Positions 1 through 8,972 of a stretch of 64,000 nt of DNA are shown here, in pieces. Numbering within the stretch: position 1 is the first letter of the stretch; each line of letters begins with the position of its first letter. The notes beneath the pieces are model-generated. The model saw nothing but the letters and a program-made list of their open reading frames with translations, had not been told where the DNA came from and searched no databases. The stretch lies in the NCBI GenBank assembly GCA_965223505.1, contig CBDCWP010000042.1:1-64000 (forward strand), written 5' to 3'. Source of the stretch: Planctomycetota bacterium (GTDB taxonomy: Bacteria > Planctomycetota > PLA2 > JAEUHO01). A program made the translations under genes and the position numbers.

Positions 1-2
1 TC

Positions 3-266
3 ATGACCAGCACGGCGTTCGGCGTCCGGCCGAAGCCGGGCCCGCCGAGGCGACAGGTGCTCGAGATGCTGCTTGGGCTCTACTTCCTGTCGTACGTCAT
101 CGCGACGGCGGCGGACGACGGCTCGTTCGTGGTCGCGCTCGCCGGATTGGCGCTCGCCTTGGGCGCCATCTATTTCACGCAGTGGTTCATCCGCCGTCTC
201 GCTCGTCCCCGTCCGGACTCCCCACCGCCGGCGGCCCCGGCTCCGGAGGAAGCACCTCGCGCTTGA
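3..266 (+). CDS. Small membrane protein, probably the 3' part of a gene starting left of the window
   Basis: Two hydrophobic segments (MLLGLYFLSYVIATA; FVVALAGLALALGAIYF), GC-rich third codon positions, Pro-rich tail; overlaps the end of the convergent gene. Confidence 0.5.
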   Translation: MTSTAFGVRPKPGPPRRQVLEMLLGLYFLSYVIATAADDGSFVVALAGLALALGAIYFTQWFIRRLARPRPDSPPPAAPAPEEAPRA

Positions 267-1596
267 TCCGCTCGACGAGCGCCTTGAAGCGATCCATCGA
301 CTTGATCGGGTCGAGGTCGCGGTCTTCCTGCATCCAGCCGACGTCGCTCCAGCCCGCGTCGACCGCGTACTCCAGCTCGTCGAGCGCGCGCATCTTCAAG
401 AGCTCGGGATCACGCTCGCCGGGCTCGCGCGACCAGCTCGCGTAGGCGCATGCCAGGTTGTAGTACGACGTGGCGCGAGAGAGACGGCTGCGCATCAGCA
501 CGTCGCGGTAGGCGCGAATCGCGCGTTCGTACCAGCCGACGCGGATCAGCATGCCCGCGCGCGTGTGGCGCAGAAGGCTGGGCTGGTAGACCTGCCAGGT
601 GTCAAGGATCGCGAGGTACTCCTCGACCTCGTCGGCGTAGTTGTCTTCGTCGATCAGGCACAGCGTCGAGAGGATGTCGCCCCAGTTGCCGACCGCCTCC
701 ATCAGATCGAGCTGCGTCTCGATGTACGCCTCGTAGTCGTCGTCCAGAGAGAACCGACCCCACTGCCGGAGTCGCTTCTGGAATCCGATGCACTTGACCT
801 CGAGCGACTGCGCGTACGCGTGCAGACGCAGGATGAAACGCATGTCGGTGGGCTTGGCGAGATCGGAGACGGCGTTCGTCGCCATCCCCTGCACCTCCCA
901 GTACTCGTGGGGATGCTCGCGCAGGAACGTGTAACGGCCGGTCCGGTACAGACCCGGGATCGGGAAGGCCTTGTCCATCGCGATACGCGTGCAGACCTCC
1001 AGCGCGAGCTCCCGCTCGTACTTCAGGTCTTCGTACTGCCCGCGGTAGTAGCCCGTCCCGCCGGTCTTGCTCTTCTTCGCGAGGAACTTCGCTTCGATCT
1101 CGGCGCGCAGCAGCAGTCGGCGGAACTGTTCCATTCGCTTGGCGGTCCGCTCGTCCGTTCGCCGCACGGTCACGTCGTTGCGCCGGAACGCGGCGAGCAC
1201 CGTGTTCGACGCTTCGACGTCCTTGACCAACGCGAGCTGGATCAGCGTCGCCTGCGCTTCGTCCGTGCGGCCGAGATGCACTAGGAGCGCGTTCATCGCT
1301 TCCGGCGATCCATCCCGCGCGAGGATGTGCGCGGCGTGCAGCTGCACCGTCCACGAGCCTTCTTTCAGCGCCCGAATGACGCGCGGCCGCACCCCGGGCA
1401 GCAGCGTCATCAGTCGCTCGACGGCCGCCTCGCGGTCCCGCAGCAACGGCCGGTCGAGGTCCTCGATCACCGCGGCGACCTCGGACCGCTTGTCTTCGAC
1501 GTCGCCGGCGAACGCCACCGGCAGTCCGGCGGCCAGGACGAGGATCAGTCCGCAGCAAAGCGAACGGCCGGCAAACGGGTCACGAACGGCGCTCAC
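187..1596 (-). CDS. Secreted HEAT-repeat / TPR protein
   Basis: Signal peptide ending VAFA; HEAT-like helices; C-terminal TPR motif YYNLACAYA...AVDAGW...EDRDLDPIK; TAGGAT 6 nt before the GTG. Confidence 0.75.
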   Translation of the reverse strand: MSAVRDPFAGRSLCCGLILVLAAGLPVAFAGDVEDKRSEVAAVIEDLDRPLLRDREAAVERLMTLLPGVRPRVIRALKEGSWTVQLHAAHILARDGSPEAMNALLVHLGRTDEAQATLIQLALVKDVEASNTVLAAFRRNDVTVRRTDERTAKRMEQFRRLLLRAEIEAKFLAKKSKTGGTGYYRGQYEDLKYERELALEVCTRIAMDKAFPIPGLYRTGRYTFLREHPHEYWEVQGMATNAVSDLAKPTDMRFILRLHAYAQSLEVKCIGFQKRLRQWGRFSLDDDYEAYIETQLDLMEAVGNWGDILSTLCLIDEDNYADEVEEYLAILDTWQVYQPSLLRHTRAGMLIRVGWYERAIRAYRDVLMRSRLSRATSYYNLACAYASWSREPGERDPELLKMRALDELEYAVDAGWSDVGWMQEDRDLDPIKSMDRFKALVERIKREVLPPEPGPPAVGSPDGDERDGG

Positions 1597-1799
1597 ACCC
1601 CGATCCTATCGGCCCCTGCGGCGATTCCCCATTCACACGTCGCAAATCCGACAATGTCCTTAGTCCGCGTGGGACCCCGCTCCGAAGAGGTAGGGAGCGG
1701 GTGGCGCGGAATCCAGGCCGTTTTCCGGAGCAGATGGGGCGCCACGTGCCATCGGTCCCACCCGCTAGGATTCTCGTCGGAAGTCCCCCGGAGCACCCC

Positions 1800-2171
1800 T
1801 TGGCGTCGACGCCCGAATCGACGGATCGAGAGCTGGATCCTCGCTTCGAGGCGGAGCTTCGTCGCGGGGTGCTGCAGCTCGTCGCGCTCCACTTCCTCGA
1901 GACGCCCCGCTACGGGTACGACCTCGTACGGCTGCTGGGCGGTGTCGGCTTCGCCGTGGAAGAGGGCACGCTCTACCCGATTCTGCGCCGGTTCGAGAAG
2001 CAGGGGCTGTTGACGGCGACCTGGAACACCGAGGGCGCGCGGCCGCGCAAGTACTACGTGCTGAGCGAAGAGGGCTCGCGCCTGCGCGACGGCATGCTGA
2101 AGGCCTGGGAGCGCGTTCGCACCGCCACGGACGACGCCGTCGAGCGAGCGAAGAAGGAGGAACTGTCGTGA
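1800..2171 (+). CDS. PadR-family transcriptional regulator
   Basis: LRRGVLQL..L..PRYGYDL..EEGTLYPILRRFEKQGLL..W....RPRKYY; TTG start at 1800 after GGAG. Confidence 0.92.
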   Translation: MASTPESTDRELDPRFEAELRRGVLQLVALHFLETPRYGYDLVRLLGGVGFAVEEGTLYPILRRFEKQGLLTATWNTEGARPRKYYVLSEEGSRLRDGMLKAWERVRTATDDAVERAKKEELS

Positions 2172-3124
2172 GTGCGCCGACGACGATCCAAAGCTACCTG
2201 GAGAAGCTGGGAGACCTTCTGCCCGCGCGCGAGTCCAAGCGCGTGCTGGCCGACGTGGAAGCGTTGATCCTGGACCGCGTCGAGGCGGAGCAGGCGAAGG
2301 ACCCCGGCATCGACGCGACGGAAGCGGAACGGCGCGCGCTCGCGGCGTGGGACCGCCCGGAGGTGCTGGCCGACCAGCTCGTGTCCGCTCCGCTGCAGGT
2401 CGACTTCGCCACCCGCCGCTCTTTCGTCCGCTCGCTCGCGGCGCTCTTTGCCGCGCATCTCGTGTTCAGCATCCTGCTGACCGCCGCCGGCGCCGAGGGC
2501 ACGGCGATTCCCGGCCTGCTCGGACCGTTGCCGACCACGCCCTGGACGTCGACGCTCGTGGCCGCCGCGGGCATCTTCTTCATGGACGTCGGCGCGCTCG
2601 CCGTGCTGTTTCTCCTGCTCGGCAAGGGAAGGCGCACGCGCCTGCCGCAGCTGGATCTCGGCATCGCGTGGACCCGCGCGGACGCGGTCAAGGGGATCGT
2701 GCTGGTCGCGTTGCTCGCCGTCATCTTCAACGCACTGCTCGACTCGATCTTCGCGATTCGAAGCGGCGACGAGCTGCGGTCGTTCCTGTCGCAAGATCTC
2801 AAGGAGCTCGTCCCGTACTTCAACATCGTGCTCGGCCTCTTCGCCGTCCGCTACGTGCTGACGTTCTTCGGGCGCGGCGGCCGGCCCGAAGCGTCGGCCG
2901 TCGATGCGCTCGCCTGCCTCGCCGCGTGCGCGCTCCTCGTGATGGCGGTGACGCGCGCCGAGCTCGTGCGAATTCCCGAGGGCAGCCTCGGCGACTTCAC
3001 CGCGAAGACGCTGACGAACCTGACGGAACGGCTGCTCCTCCTGGTGTTCGTGACGGCCGCGCTGCTGTTGGCCGTACGGTTCGTCAAGCAGGCGCTGCGA
3101 ACCTGGCGCCTGATGGCCGCCTAG
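2168..3124 (+). CDS. PadR-associated membrane protein (HAAS-like N-terminus plus multiple TM helices)
   Basis: IQSYLEKL...ALAAWDRPEVLA N-terminal helical domain, about 6 TM segments, GTGA coupling to padR. Confidence 0.7.
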   Translation: MSAPTTIQSYLEKLGDLLPARESKRVLADVEALILDRVEAEQAKDPGIDATEAERRALAAWDRPEVLADQLVSAPLQVDFATRRSFVRSLAALFAAHLVFSILLTAAGAEGTAIPGLLGPLPTTPWTSTLVAAAGIFFMDVGALAVLFLLLGKGRRTRLPQLDLGIAWTRADAVKGIVLVALLAVIFNALLDSIFAIRSGDELRSFLSQDLKELVPYFNIVLGLFAVRYVLTFFGRGGRPEASAVDALACLAACALLVMAVTRAELVRIPEGSLGDFTAKTLTNLTERLLLLVFVTAALLLAVRFVKQALRTWRLMAA

Positions 3125-3128
3125 CTCG

Positions 3129-3863
3129 ATGCCGCTTGACTACCGCTACCCCCATCCCCTGATCGAAGGCCGGCTGGTGAAACGCTACAAGCGTTTCCTC
3201 GCGGACGTGACGCTGCCGGACGGCGCCGCGCTCACCGTGCACTGTCCCAACCCGGGCGCGATGACGTCGTGTAGCGACCCCGGCAGTCGCGTCCGCATCA
3301 GCGACTCCCGCAACCCGAAGCGCAAGCTCCGGTACACGTTGGAGCAGGTCTGCATGGGCCGCTCGTGGGTCTGCGTCAACACGCAGATCCCCAACGCCGC
3401 CGTCGAGCAGGCGATCCGCCGCGGCGCGCTGCCCCAGCTCACGGGCTATTCGTCGGTGCGGCGCGAGGTCGCCGACGGCGCCGGGAGCCGCTTCGACCTC
3501 TTGCTCGAGGACGAAGACCGCCGCTGCTGGATCGAGGTCAAGAACACGAGTCTGCGGGTGGGCCGAGAGGCGCGCTTTCCCGACGCGGTCACCGAACGGG
3601 GTCGCAAGCACCTGCACGCGCTGGTGGAGCGAGTGAAGGCGGGCGATCGAGCGGTGCAGCTGTTCGTGGTCAGTCGCGGCGACGTGCGCTTCTTCCGGCC
3701 GGCATGGGAGGTCGACCCGGACTACGCGCGGTCGCTTCGAGCGGCGTCCGACGCCGGCGTCGAGCTCCTGCCGGTTCGGGCGCGCGTGACGGCCCGCGGC
3801 ATCACGCTTCACGACCTCATGCCCTACGCCCTCGACGCCGACGGCGCCACGGCCGGGCGGTGA
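3129..3863 (+). CDS. sfsA: DNA/RNA nuclease SfsA
   Basis: RYKRFLADV, HCPNPGAM, SRFDLLL, IEVKN, FPDAVTERGRKHL motifs. Confidence 0.95.
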   Translation: MPLDYRYPHPLIEGRLVKRYKRFLADVTLPDGAALTVHCPNPGAMTSCSDPGSRVRISDSRNPKRKLRYTLEQVCMGRSWVCVNTQIPNAAVEQAIRRGALPQLTGYSSVRREVADGAGSRFDLLLEDEDRRCWIEVKNTSLRVGREARFPDAVTERGRKHLHALVERVKAGDRAVQLFVVSRGDVRFFRPAWEVDPDYARSLRAASDAGVELLPVRARVTARGITLHDLMPYALDADGATAGR

Positions 3864-3879
3864 GGTACAACACGCGGTC

Positions 3880-4566
3880 ATGTCCGAGGTCGTACCCGCA
3901 CTGCGCATCCGAGACCTGAAGCGCACATTCAAGCATCCCGAAGGCGGGCGCCTCACGGCGATCGACCTCCCCCACCTCGACGTGGCGGCGGGCGAAGCGC
4001 TCGCGCTGCAGGGGGAGAGCGGCAGCGGGAAGACGACGCTGCTTCACTGCATCGCGGGCATCCTTCCGGTCGACAGCGGGACCATCGAGATCGCCGGCGA
4101 GCCCATGAGCGGTCGTTCCGAGACCGTCCGCGACCGCCTGCGCGCGAAGCACATCGGCTATCTGTTCCAGACATTCAACCTGTTGCAGGGACTCAGCGCG
4201 AAGGAGAACGTCGAGCTGGGCATGACGTTCCGTCCGCGCGGCGGCGAAGCGCCCAAGAAAGCCGCCGAGCAGGCCCTCGAACGCGTCGGTCTCGCCGACC
4301 GCATGAACCACCGGCCTTCGCAGCTCTCCGTCGGTCAGCAGCAGCGCGTCGCGATCGCCCGGGCGCTCGCCGGCCACCCCGCGTTGGTGCTCGCCGACGA
4401 GCCGACGTCGAACCTGGACCGCGCGCGAGCCGACCAGTGCCTCGAGCTTCTGCTCACCTTCGCGCGGGAAACGGGCGCCGCGCTCCTCATGGTCAGCCAC
4501 GACGAGACGGCGCTTCAACGCTTCGAGCGGCGCGAGACGCTGCGCGCGCCGGAGGCGGTCCGGTGA
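3880..4566 (+). CDS. ABC transporter ATP-binding protein (LolD/MacB-like)
   Basis: Walker A GESGSGKT, signature LSVGQQQRVAIARAL, Walker B LADEPT, SHD. Confidence 0.93.
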   Translation: MSEVVPALRIRDLKRTFKHPEGGRLTAIDLPHLDVAAGEALALQGESGSGKTTLLHCIAGILPVDSGTIEIAGEPMSGRSETVRDRLRAKHIGYLFQTFNLLQGLSAKENVELGMTFRPRGGEAPKKAAEQALERVGLADRMNHRPSQLSVGQQQRVAIARALAGHPALVLADEPTSNLDRARADQCLELLLTFARETGAALLMVSHDETALQRFERRETLRAPEAVR

Positions 4567-5813
4567 ACGTGCTTTCCCTCGCTTGGCGAAGCGTCCGTCA
4601 GCGGCCGCTGTCGAGCGTCCTGACGGCGGTGTCCGTCGCGCTCGGCGTCGCCCTCACGATCGGCGTGCTGCAGATTCGCGAGGCCGCGCGGGACTCGTAC
4701 GCCAAGGTCGCGCAGGGCTACGACGTGATCCTCGGTCCGACCCACGGCTCGCCGCTCACCATCGTGCTCAACACGATGTTCCACATCGGGGACGCGAAGG
4801 GCACGGTGCCCTGGGAGATCTACGAGGCGGCGCAGGCGGACGAGCGCGTCGCCCGCGCCGTGCCCTACGCGGTCGGGGACACGTTCCGCACCCATCACGT
4901 GGTCGGCACCTCGGAGGAGCTCTTCACGACGCTCACCGATCGCGATCAGACACCCCTGGGCGCCGAGATCCGCGGCCGCATGTTCCATCCGAAGCGCTTC
5001 GAGGCCGTCGTCGGGAGCATCACGGCCGGCACCAACGGGTTGCGGCTCGGCGACGAGTTCTTCCCGAGCCACGGGCTGACGCCGGGCGGCAAGGAGCACA
5101 CGCAGGATCCGTTCGTGGTGGTCGGCGTGCTGCGCCCCACGGGCACGCCCGCGGACCGGGCGATCTTCATTCCGATCGCGATGTTCTACGAGATCGAGGA
5201 TCACAAGAAGGCCACGGACATCCTGCGCAAGCAGCGCGGTGACGACGACCTCGAGGACCACCGGATCCAGGGGCTCTCCGCCGTCGGCATCAAGCTGCAC
5301 GTGCCCTATCAGCGCTACGAATACCTGGCGGAATTCCGGCGCGGTCGCGCGCAGGCGCAGGCGGCGATTCCGGTCAACGAGGTCGGCGAGCTGATGCGTC
5401 TCGTGGAGAAGATCGACGTCGTCTTCGAGCTGATCGCGTACCTCGTCGTGCTCGTCGCCGCGGTCGGCATCCTCGTGAGCCTGTACAACACCATTCAGGG
5501 ACGCCGGCGTGAGATCGCGATCCTGCGCGCGCTGGGCGCGCGCCCGCACCACGTCTTCACGGTCATCGTCCTGGAGTCGCTGCTGATCTGCATGCTCGGG
5601 GGCCTCTTGGGGCTGTTGGTCGGCCACGGCGCGATGGTGGCCACGGCGCCCACGTTGGTCGAGCGGTACGGCGTCGTCGTGTCCGGCGGTTTCCAGTTGC
5701 TCGATCTTCAGATCATGATCGCACTGGCCGTCGTCGGCGTCGCCGCCGGCGTGCTGCCCGCGTGGCGCGGATTGCGCACACCGGTCGCCGAGAACCTCCA
5801 CCCGCAAGATTGA
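4563..5813 (+). CDS. ABC transporter permease (MacB/FtsX type)
   Basis: GTG overlaps upstream stop; N-terminal TM, periplasmic domain, RRREIAILRALGA motif, three C-terminal TMs. Confidence 0.9.
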   Translation: MNVLSLAWRSVRQRPLSSVLTAVSVALGVALTIGVLQIREAARDSYAKVAQGYDVILGPTHGSPLTIVLNTMFHIGDAKGTVPWEIYEAAQADERVARAVPYAVGDTFRTHHVVGTSEELFTTLTDRDQTPLGAEIRGRMFHPKRFEAVVGSITAGTNGLRLGDEFFPSHGLTPGGKEHTQDPFVVVGVLRPTGTPADRAIFIPIAMFYEIEDHKKATDILRKQRGDDDLEDHRIQGLSAVGIKLHVPYQRYEYLAEFRRGRAQAQAAIPVNEVGELMRLVEKIDVVFELIAYLVVLVAAVGILVSLYNTIQGRRREIAILRALGARPHHVFTVIVLESLLICMLGGLLGLLVGHGAMVATAPTLVERYGVVVSGGFQLLDLQIMIALAVVGVAAGVLPAWRGLRTPVAENLHPQD

Positions 5814-6457
5814 TGTCGCAGCTCGAACACTTCGCCGTCTGGACCCTGGGCGTCTTGATCGCCGGCGGCGTCGCCTGGTCCATCCACGTGTCGGACCGGC
5901 CCATGGGGGACGCGGCGCGCGACGCCCGGACGTTCACCGCGCGCGGCGTCCTGGGTCATGGCGACCCGCTACGCGCGAACATCGACCCGCTGCTGCCCCC
6001 CGGACTGCCCGGCGGCGTGCGCATCGACCCGGAGACGGGCTACATGGTCGGCATCGCCCTGCCGCCGGATCCCGACTATCGGGACCTCGACTGGACCGCG
6101 CTCGACGACGAGAACCTGGCCACGTCGGTGCCCGCCGAGATCCAGGCGCTCCACAACGAGCCCGTCCGCATGACGGGGTTCTTGCAAGCGTTGTACGACG
6201 TGTCGGATCTGCGCACGTTTCTGCTCGTGGGCAACCACTTCTCCTGCTGCTTCGGCCGGTTTCCAGGGCTCGGCGGCCTGGTCGAGGTGACGCTCGGCGT
6301 CGACCAGCCCGATGCCGACATGACGTTCGCGCCGATCGTCGTGCGCGGCAGGCTGCGCATCGAGCCGCTGCGCGTCAATCCCCGCGACGCCAAAAGCCGG
6401 GTGGTCTTGCTGTTTCACCTCGACGACGCGAGGGTTTCGACCCTCGACGGCGACTAG
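5813..6457 (+). CDS. DUF3299-like membrane-anchored protein (copy 1)
   Basis: TGATG coupling; N-terminal TM; VRMTGFL...FLLVGNHFSCCFG...PIVVRGRL pattern; context next to ABC genes. Confidence 0.7.
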   Translation: MSQLEHFAVWTLGVLIAGGVAWSIHVSDRPMGDAARDARTFTARGVLGHGDPLRANIDPLLPPGLPGGVRIDPETGYMVGIALPPDPDYRDLDWTALDDENLATSVPAEIQALHNEPVRMTGFLQALYDVSDLRTFLLVGNHFSCCFGRFPGLGGLVEVTLGVDQPDADMTFAPIVVRGRLRIEPLRVNPRDAKSRVVLLFHLDDARVSTLDGD

Positions 6458-6474
6458 GCACTAGGATGGGTTGC

Positions 6475-7116
6475 ATGAACGTCTGGGACCGCATCACGAT
6501 CCTGATCGGCTCGGTGATCCTGGCTGTCGGACTGTACGCCGGCGCCGCGGTGTCGGCGGAGAGCAAGGCGACCGTGCGTGACGCTCAGACCTTCACGGCC
6601 GTCGGCGTCGCGGGCCTCGCATCGGCGCCGCGCACGGTGGACGGAAACCTGATCGAACCGGTCGCGGTGCGTCTCCCCGCGGGCGTTCGCGTCGATCCCT
6701 CGACGGGCCTGCTCGTCGGCGTACGCCTGAAGGGCGACAAGGACACCACGCCCGCTCCCTGGGAGCTCTTCCGGTCGTACGACTACCAGAAGGGTCTCGA
6801 GGGGATGCCGGAGTCGATTCGCGACCTGCACGAGAAGAAGGTCGTGATGCTGGGCTTTTTGTGGGCGATCTACGAACCGGACGACATTCGCCGCTTCGGC
6901 CTCGTCGGCAGCCATTGGTCCTGCTGCTACGGCGTACCGCCCGGTTTGAGCGACGTCGTCATGGTCGAGCTCAAGGAGGGCGAAGACGGGCTGTCGCAGA
7001 CGCTCAACCCGATCCGCGTCGTCGGCACGCTGCACATCCGTGAGGAGAAGCAGGGCGGATTCACGACCGCGATCTATCACATGACCGATGCCGTCGTGCA
7101 AGTGCTCGAGTACTAG
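6475..7116 (+). CDS. DUF3299-like membrane-anchored protein (copy 2, paralog)
   Basis: VVMLGFL...FGLVGSHWSCCYG...PIRVVGTL; shares RDAxTFTAxGV and LPxGVRxDPxTG with copy 1; TAGGAT 7 nt before ATG 6475. Confidence 0.72.
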   Translation: MNVWDRITILIGSVILAVGLYAGAAVSAESKATVRDAQTFTAVGVAGLASAPRTVDGNLIEPVAVRLPAGVRVDPSTGLLVGVRLKGDKDTTPAPWELFRSYDYQKGLEGMPESIRDLHEKKVVMLGFLWAIYEPDDIRRFGLVGSHWSCCYGVPPGLSDVVMVELKEGEDGLSQTLNPIRVVGTLHIREEKQGGFTTAIYHMTDAVVQVLEY

Positions 7117-7119
7117 GGT

Positions 7120-7153
7120 GGGCGCCAACGGCGCCCGCCGCCAAACTGGCGGC
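7120..7153. terminator. Two adjacent hairpins between convergent genes
   Basis: GGGCGCC-AAC-GGCGCCC (7120-7136) and GCCGCCA-AAC-TGGCGGC (7137-7153). Confidence 0.5.
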
Positions 7154-8109
7154 TAACCGTCCGACTTGGGACGGCGCTTGACGGGTCACCCGGGTCCCGG
7201 CGTCTCCGCCTTCGGAACGGCCTTCCCGGCACGGACCGCGGCGATCGCGTCGAGCAACCAGTTCTCGCGCTCGTCGTCTTCCATCATCTCGTTGGGGTCG
7301 TTGTCGAGACTCCCGCGGAAGCGCAGCTTGCGGTCCGCATCGAGCACGAAGAAGTGCGGGGTGCGCTTGCCACCCAGCACGTCCGTCATCTGCTGCTCGC
7401 GATCCGGGATGATCCGCGTATGGAACCCGAGGCCGTCGATGAACGCCTGGTAGTGCTCCTCGGTGTCGCGGTAGTTGCAGGCGACCGCGAACAACCGCGC
7501 CTTCGAGGCCGCGAGCTTCGCGTTGATCGACTCGTTGAGCTTCTTCGACGTCGGGCAGTTGGGCGACCAGCACATCAAGACGACCGGCGCATCGCCGGCC
7601 GCGACGATCCAGTCGACGACGTCCGAGAGCGTCTCGAGGTCGGCCGCGCTCTCTTCGTTCGCCTGCAGGCCGTAGAACGAACCGGCCTTCGCCACGAACT
7701 CGCCCTTCATCATGGTGTCCAGCTCGCCGTCCTCCTGGACGTTCGCCAGAGCGGCGATCGCCGTGTCGAGCGTGGCGTCGTCCGGCGCACCCCAGGTCTT
7801 CGCGAGCGCCATGACGGACGCTTCCGCATCCGCCTTCGTGATGGCGAGCTTGCTGAGCTGAAAGGGCTTCCCGTCGACGTCGGTCGCGGCAAGGTCCGGG
7901 ACCTGTTCGCCGATGGCCACCGGACCGCTCGGCGCCGGTTCCGGCTTCGGATCGTCGTGGGGTTCATCCGCCGGCGGCGCATCCGCGGGCGGCGTGTCGG
8001 CCGGCGGCTTGTCGGCGGGCTCAGCGCCGCCGTCTTCGTCCTGTCCGCATCCGGCGAACGAGAACGCGGCGACCGCGAGGAAGAGAATCCAGAATCGACG
8101 ATCGGGCAT
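7153..8109 (-). CDS. Redoxin (AhpC/TSA-like, thioredoxin-fold) lipoprotein; probable selenoprotein with UGA at 7188-7186 read as Sec308; ACP-like insertion
   Basis: Lipobox FAGC; IGEQVPDL..TDVDGKPFQLS; WSPNCP; RTPHFFVLD..LRFRGSLDN; C-terminus ETPGPG-UGA-PVKRRPKSDG-UAG matches the family G-C-x-(I/V)-K motif. Without readthrough the gene is 7186..8109. Confidence 0.8.
7157..7174 (-). promoter_or_regulatory. Candidate bacterial SECIS hairpin
   Basis: On the mRNA: UGA + 11 nt + CCGUCC-CAAGUC-GGACGG. Confidence 0.6.
7960..8019 (-). repeat. Degenerate 15-bp tandem repeat encoding a (PADxP)x4 linker
   Basis: PADKP PADTP PADAP PADEP just after the lipoprotein cysteine. Confidence 0.7.
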
Positions 8110-8215
8110 GGCGAATCTCCGTAGCGAGGGGCCCGGTTATACCCGTCGCGCCGGTGACCGCATCCCCCGCACGGGGGCGGAAGCCCGGGATGTACAGACC
8201 TGGACGCCGGGAGCC

Positions 8216-8635
8216 CTAGGCGGCGTCGTCGACCAGCGCGCTGCCGGCCACGCGAATCCGACGTGGGCTCAGCCCCCACCGCAGCGTCCGGCCACGCGGC
8301 GTCTCGACCTCGCCGCAGCCGTCGAGCTCGACGACGAAATGTCCGTTCACGGCGATCGTGACCGGGCCGTCGCGGCACTCGATCTTCAGATCCTCGCCGT
8401 CGACGACGAGACGGCCTTCCGCATTGGAGAGGATCGCCTCGGTCGCGGTGACGTGACGCGGCGTGCCGCGTCCGCTGAATTGAAAGCCGTCGGTCCGGCC
8501 GCGTCGGACGAAGACCTGTCCGCGTCCTTCCAGGTCGATGACGACCTCGCCGGCGCCGCGCAGGCGTACGAAGCCGAAGCCGCGCAGGAGGTGCGGGCGG
8601 CTGAGAATGGGAGTGCTTTCGGTCGGTTGGTTCAT
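8216..8635 (-). CDS. Hypothetical beta-rich protein with internal repeat
   Basis: ORF with good codon bias; repeated motifs (VIDLEGRGQV / VVELDGCGEV). Start could also be 8668. Confidence 0.55.
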   Translation of the reverse strand: MNQPTESTPILSRPHLLRGFGFVRLRGAGEVVIDLEGRGQVFVRRGRTDGFQFSGRGTPRHVTATEAILSNAEGRLVVDGEDLKIECRDGPVTIAVNGHFVVELDGCGEVETPRGRTLRWGLSPRRIRVAGSALVDDAA

Positions 8636-8726
8636 GGCTGGCTCGCAATGCGCGCCGACTTCCACCATGGTCCTGTACCCGATGCCTATGCCCCGGTCGC
8701 GCGATCCGGACAGATGAGCACGGAAC

Positions 8727-8972
8727 TCATTCGTCCGATCCGGCCTGTTTCGAATCGAGACGACGGCGCGGCACTCTGCGCGTCGCTCGAATCCAAACGA
8801 ACGTTAGTGCGGTGAAGAGCACCACCATGGCGAGGTCGAAGTCGAGCAGCCGTTGTTTGCCGTGCGCGAGTCGAAACAGCACCCGGAACAGGAACCACGT
8901 TCCGGCGGCCGCCAGCAACACCGTGCACACCTTCCGGATACGGTCGGCGACGAAGGCCTCGCGGTCGCTCAC
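8727..8972 (-). CDS. Small two-TM membrane protein
   Basis: GTG overlaps the stop of the methyltransferase gene; two hydrophobic helices. Confidence 0.5.
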   Translation of the reverse strand: MSDREAFVADRIRKVCTVLLAAAGTWFLFRVLFRLAHGKQRLLDFDLAMVVLFTALTFVWIRATRRVPRRRLDSKQAGSDE

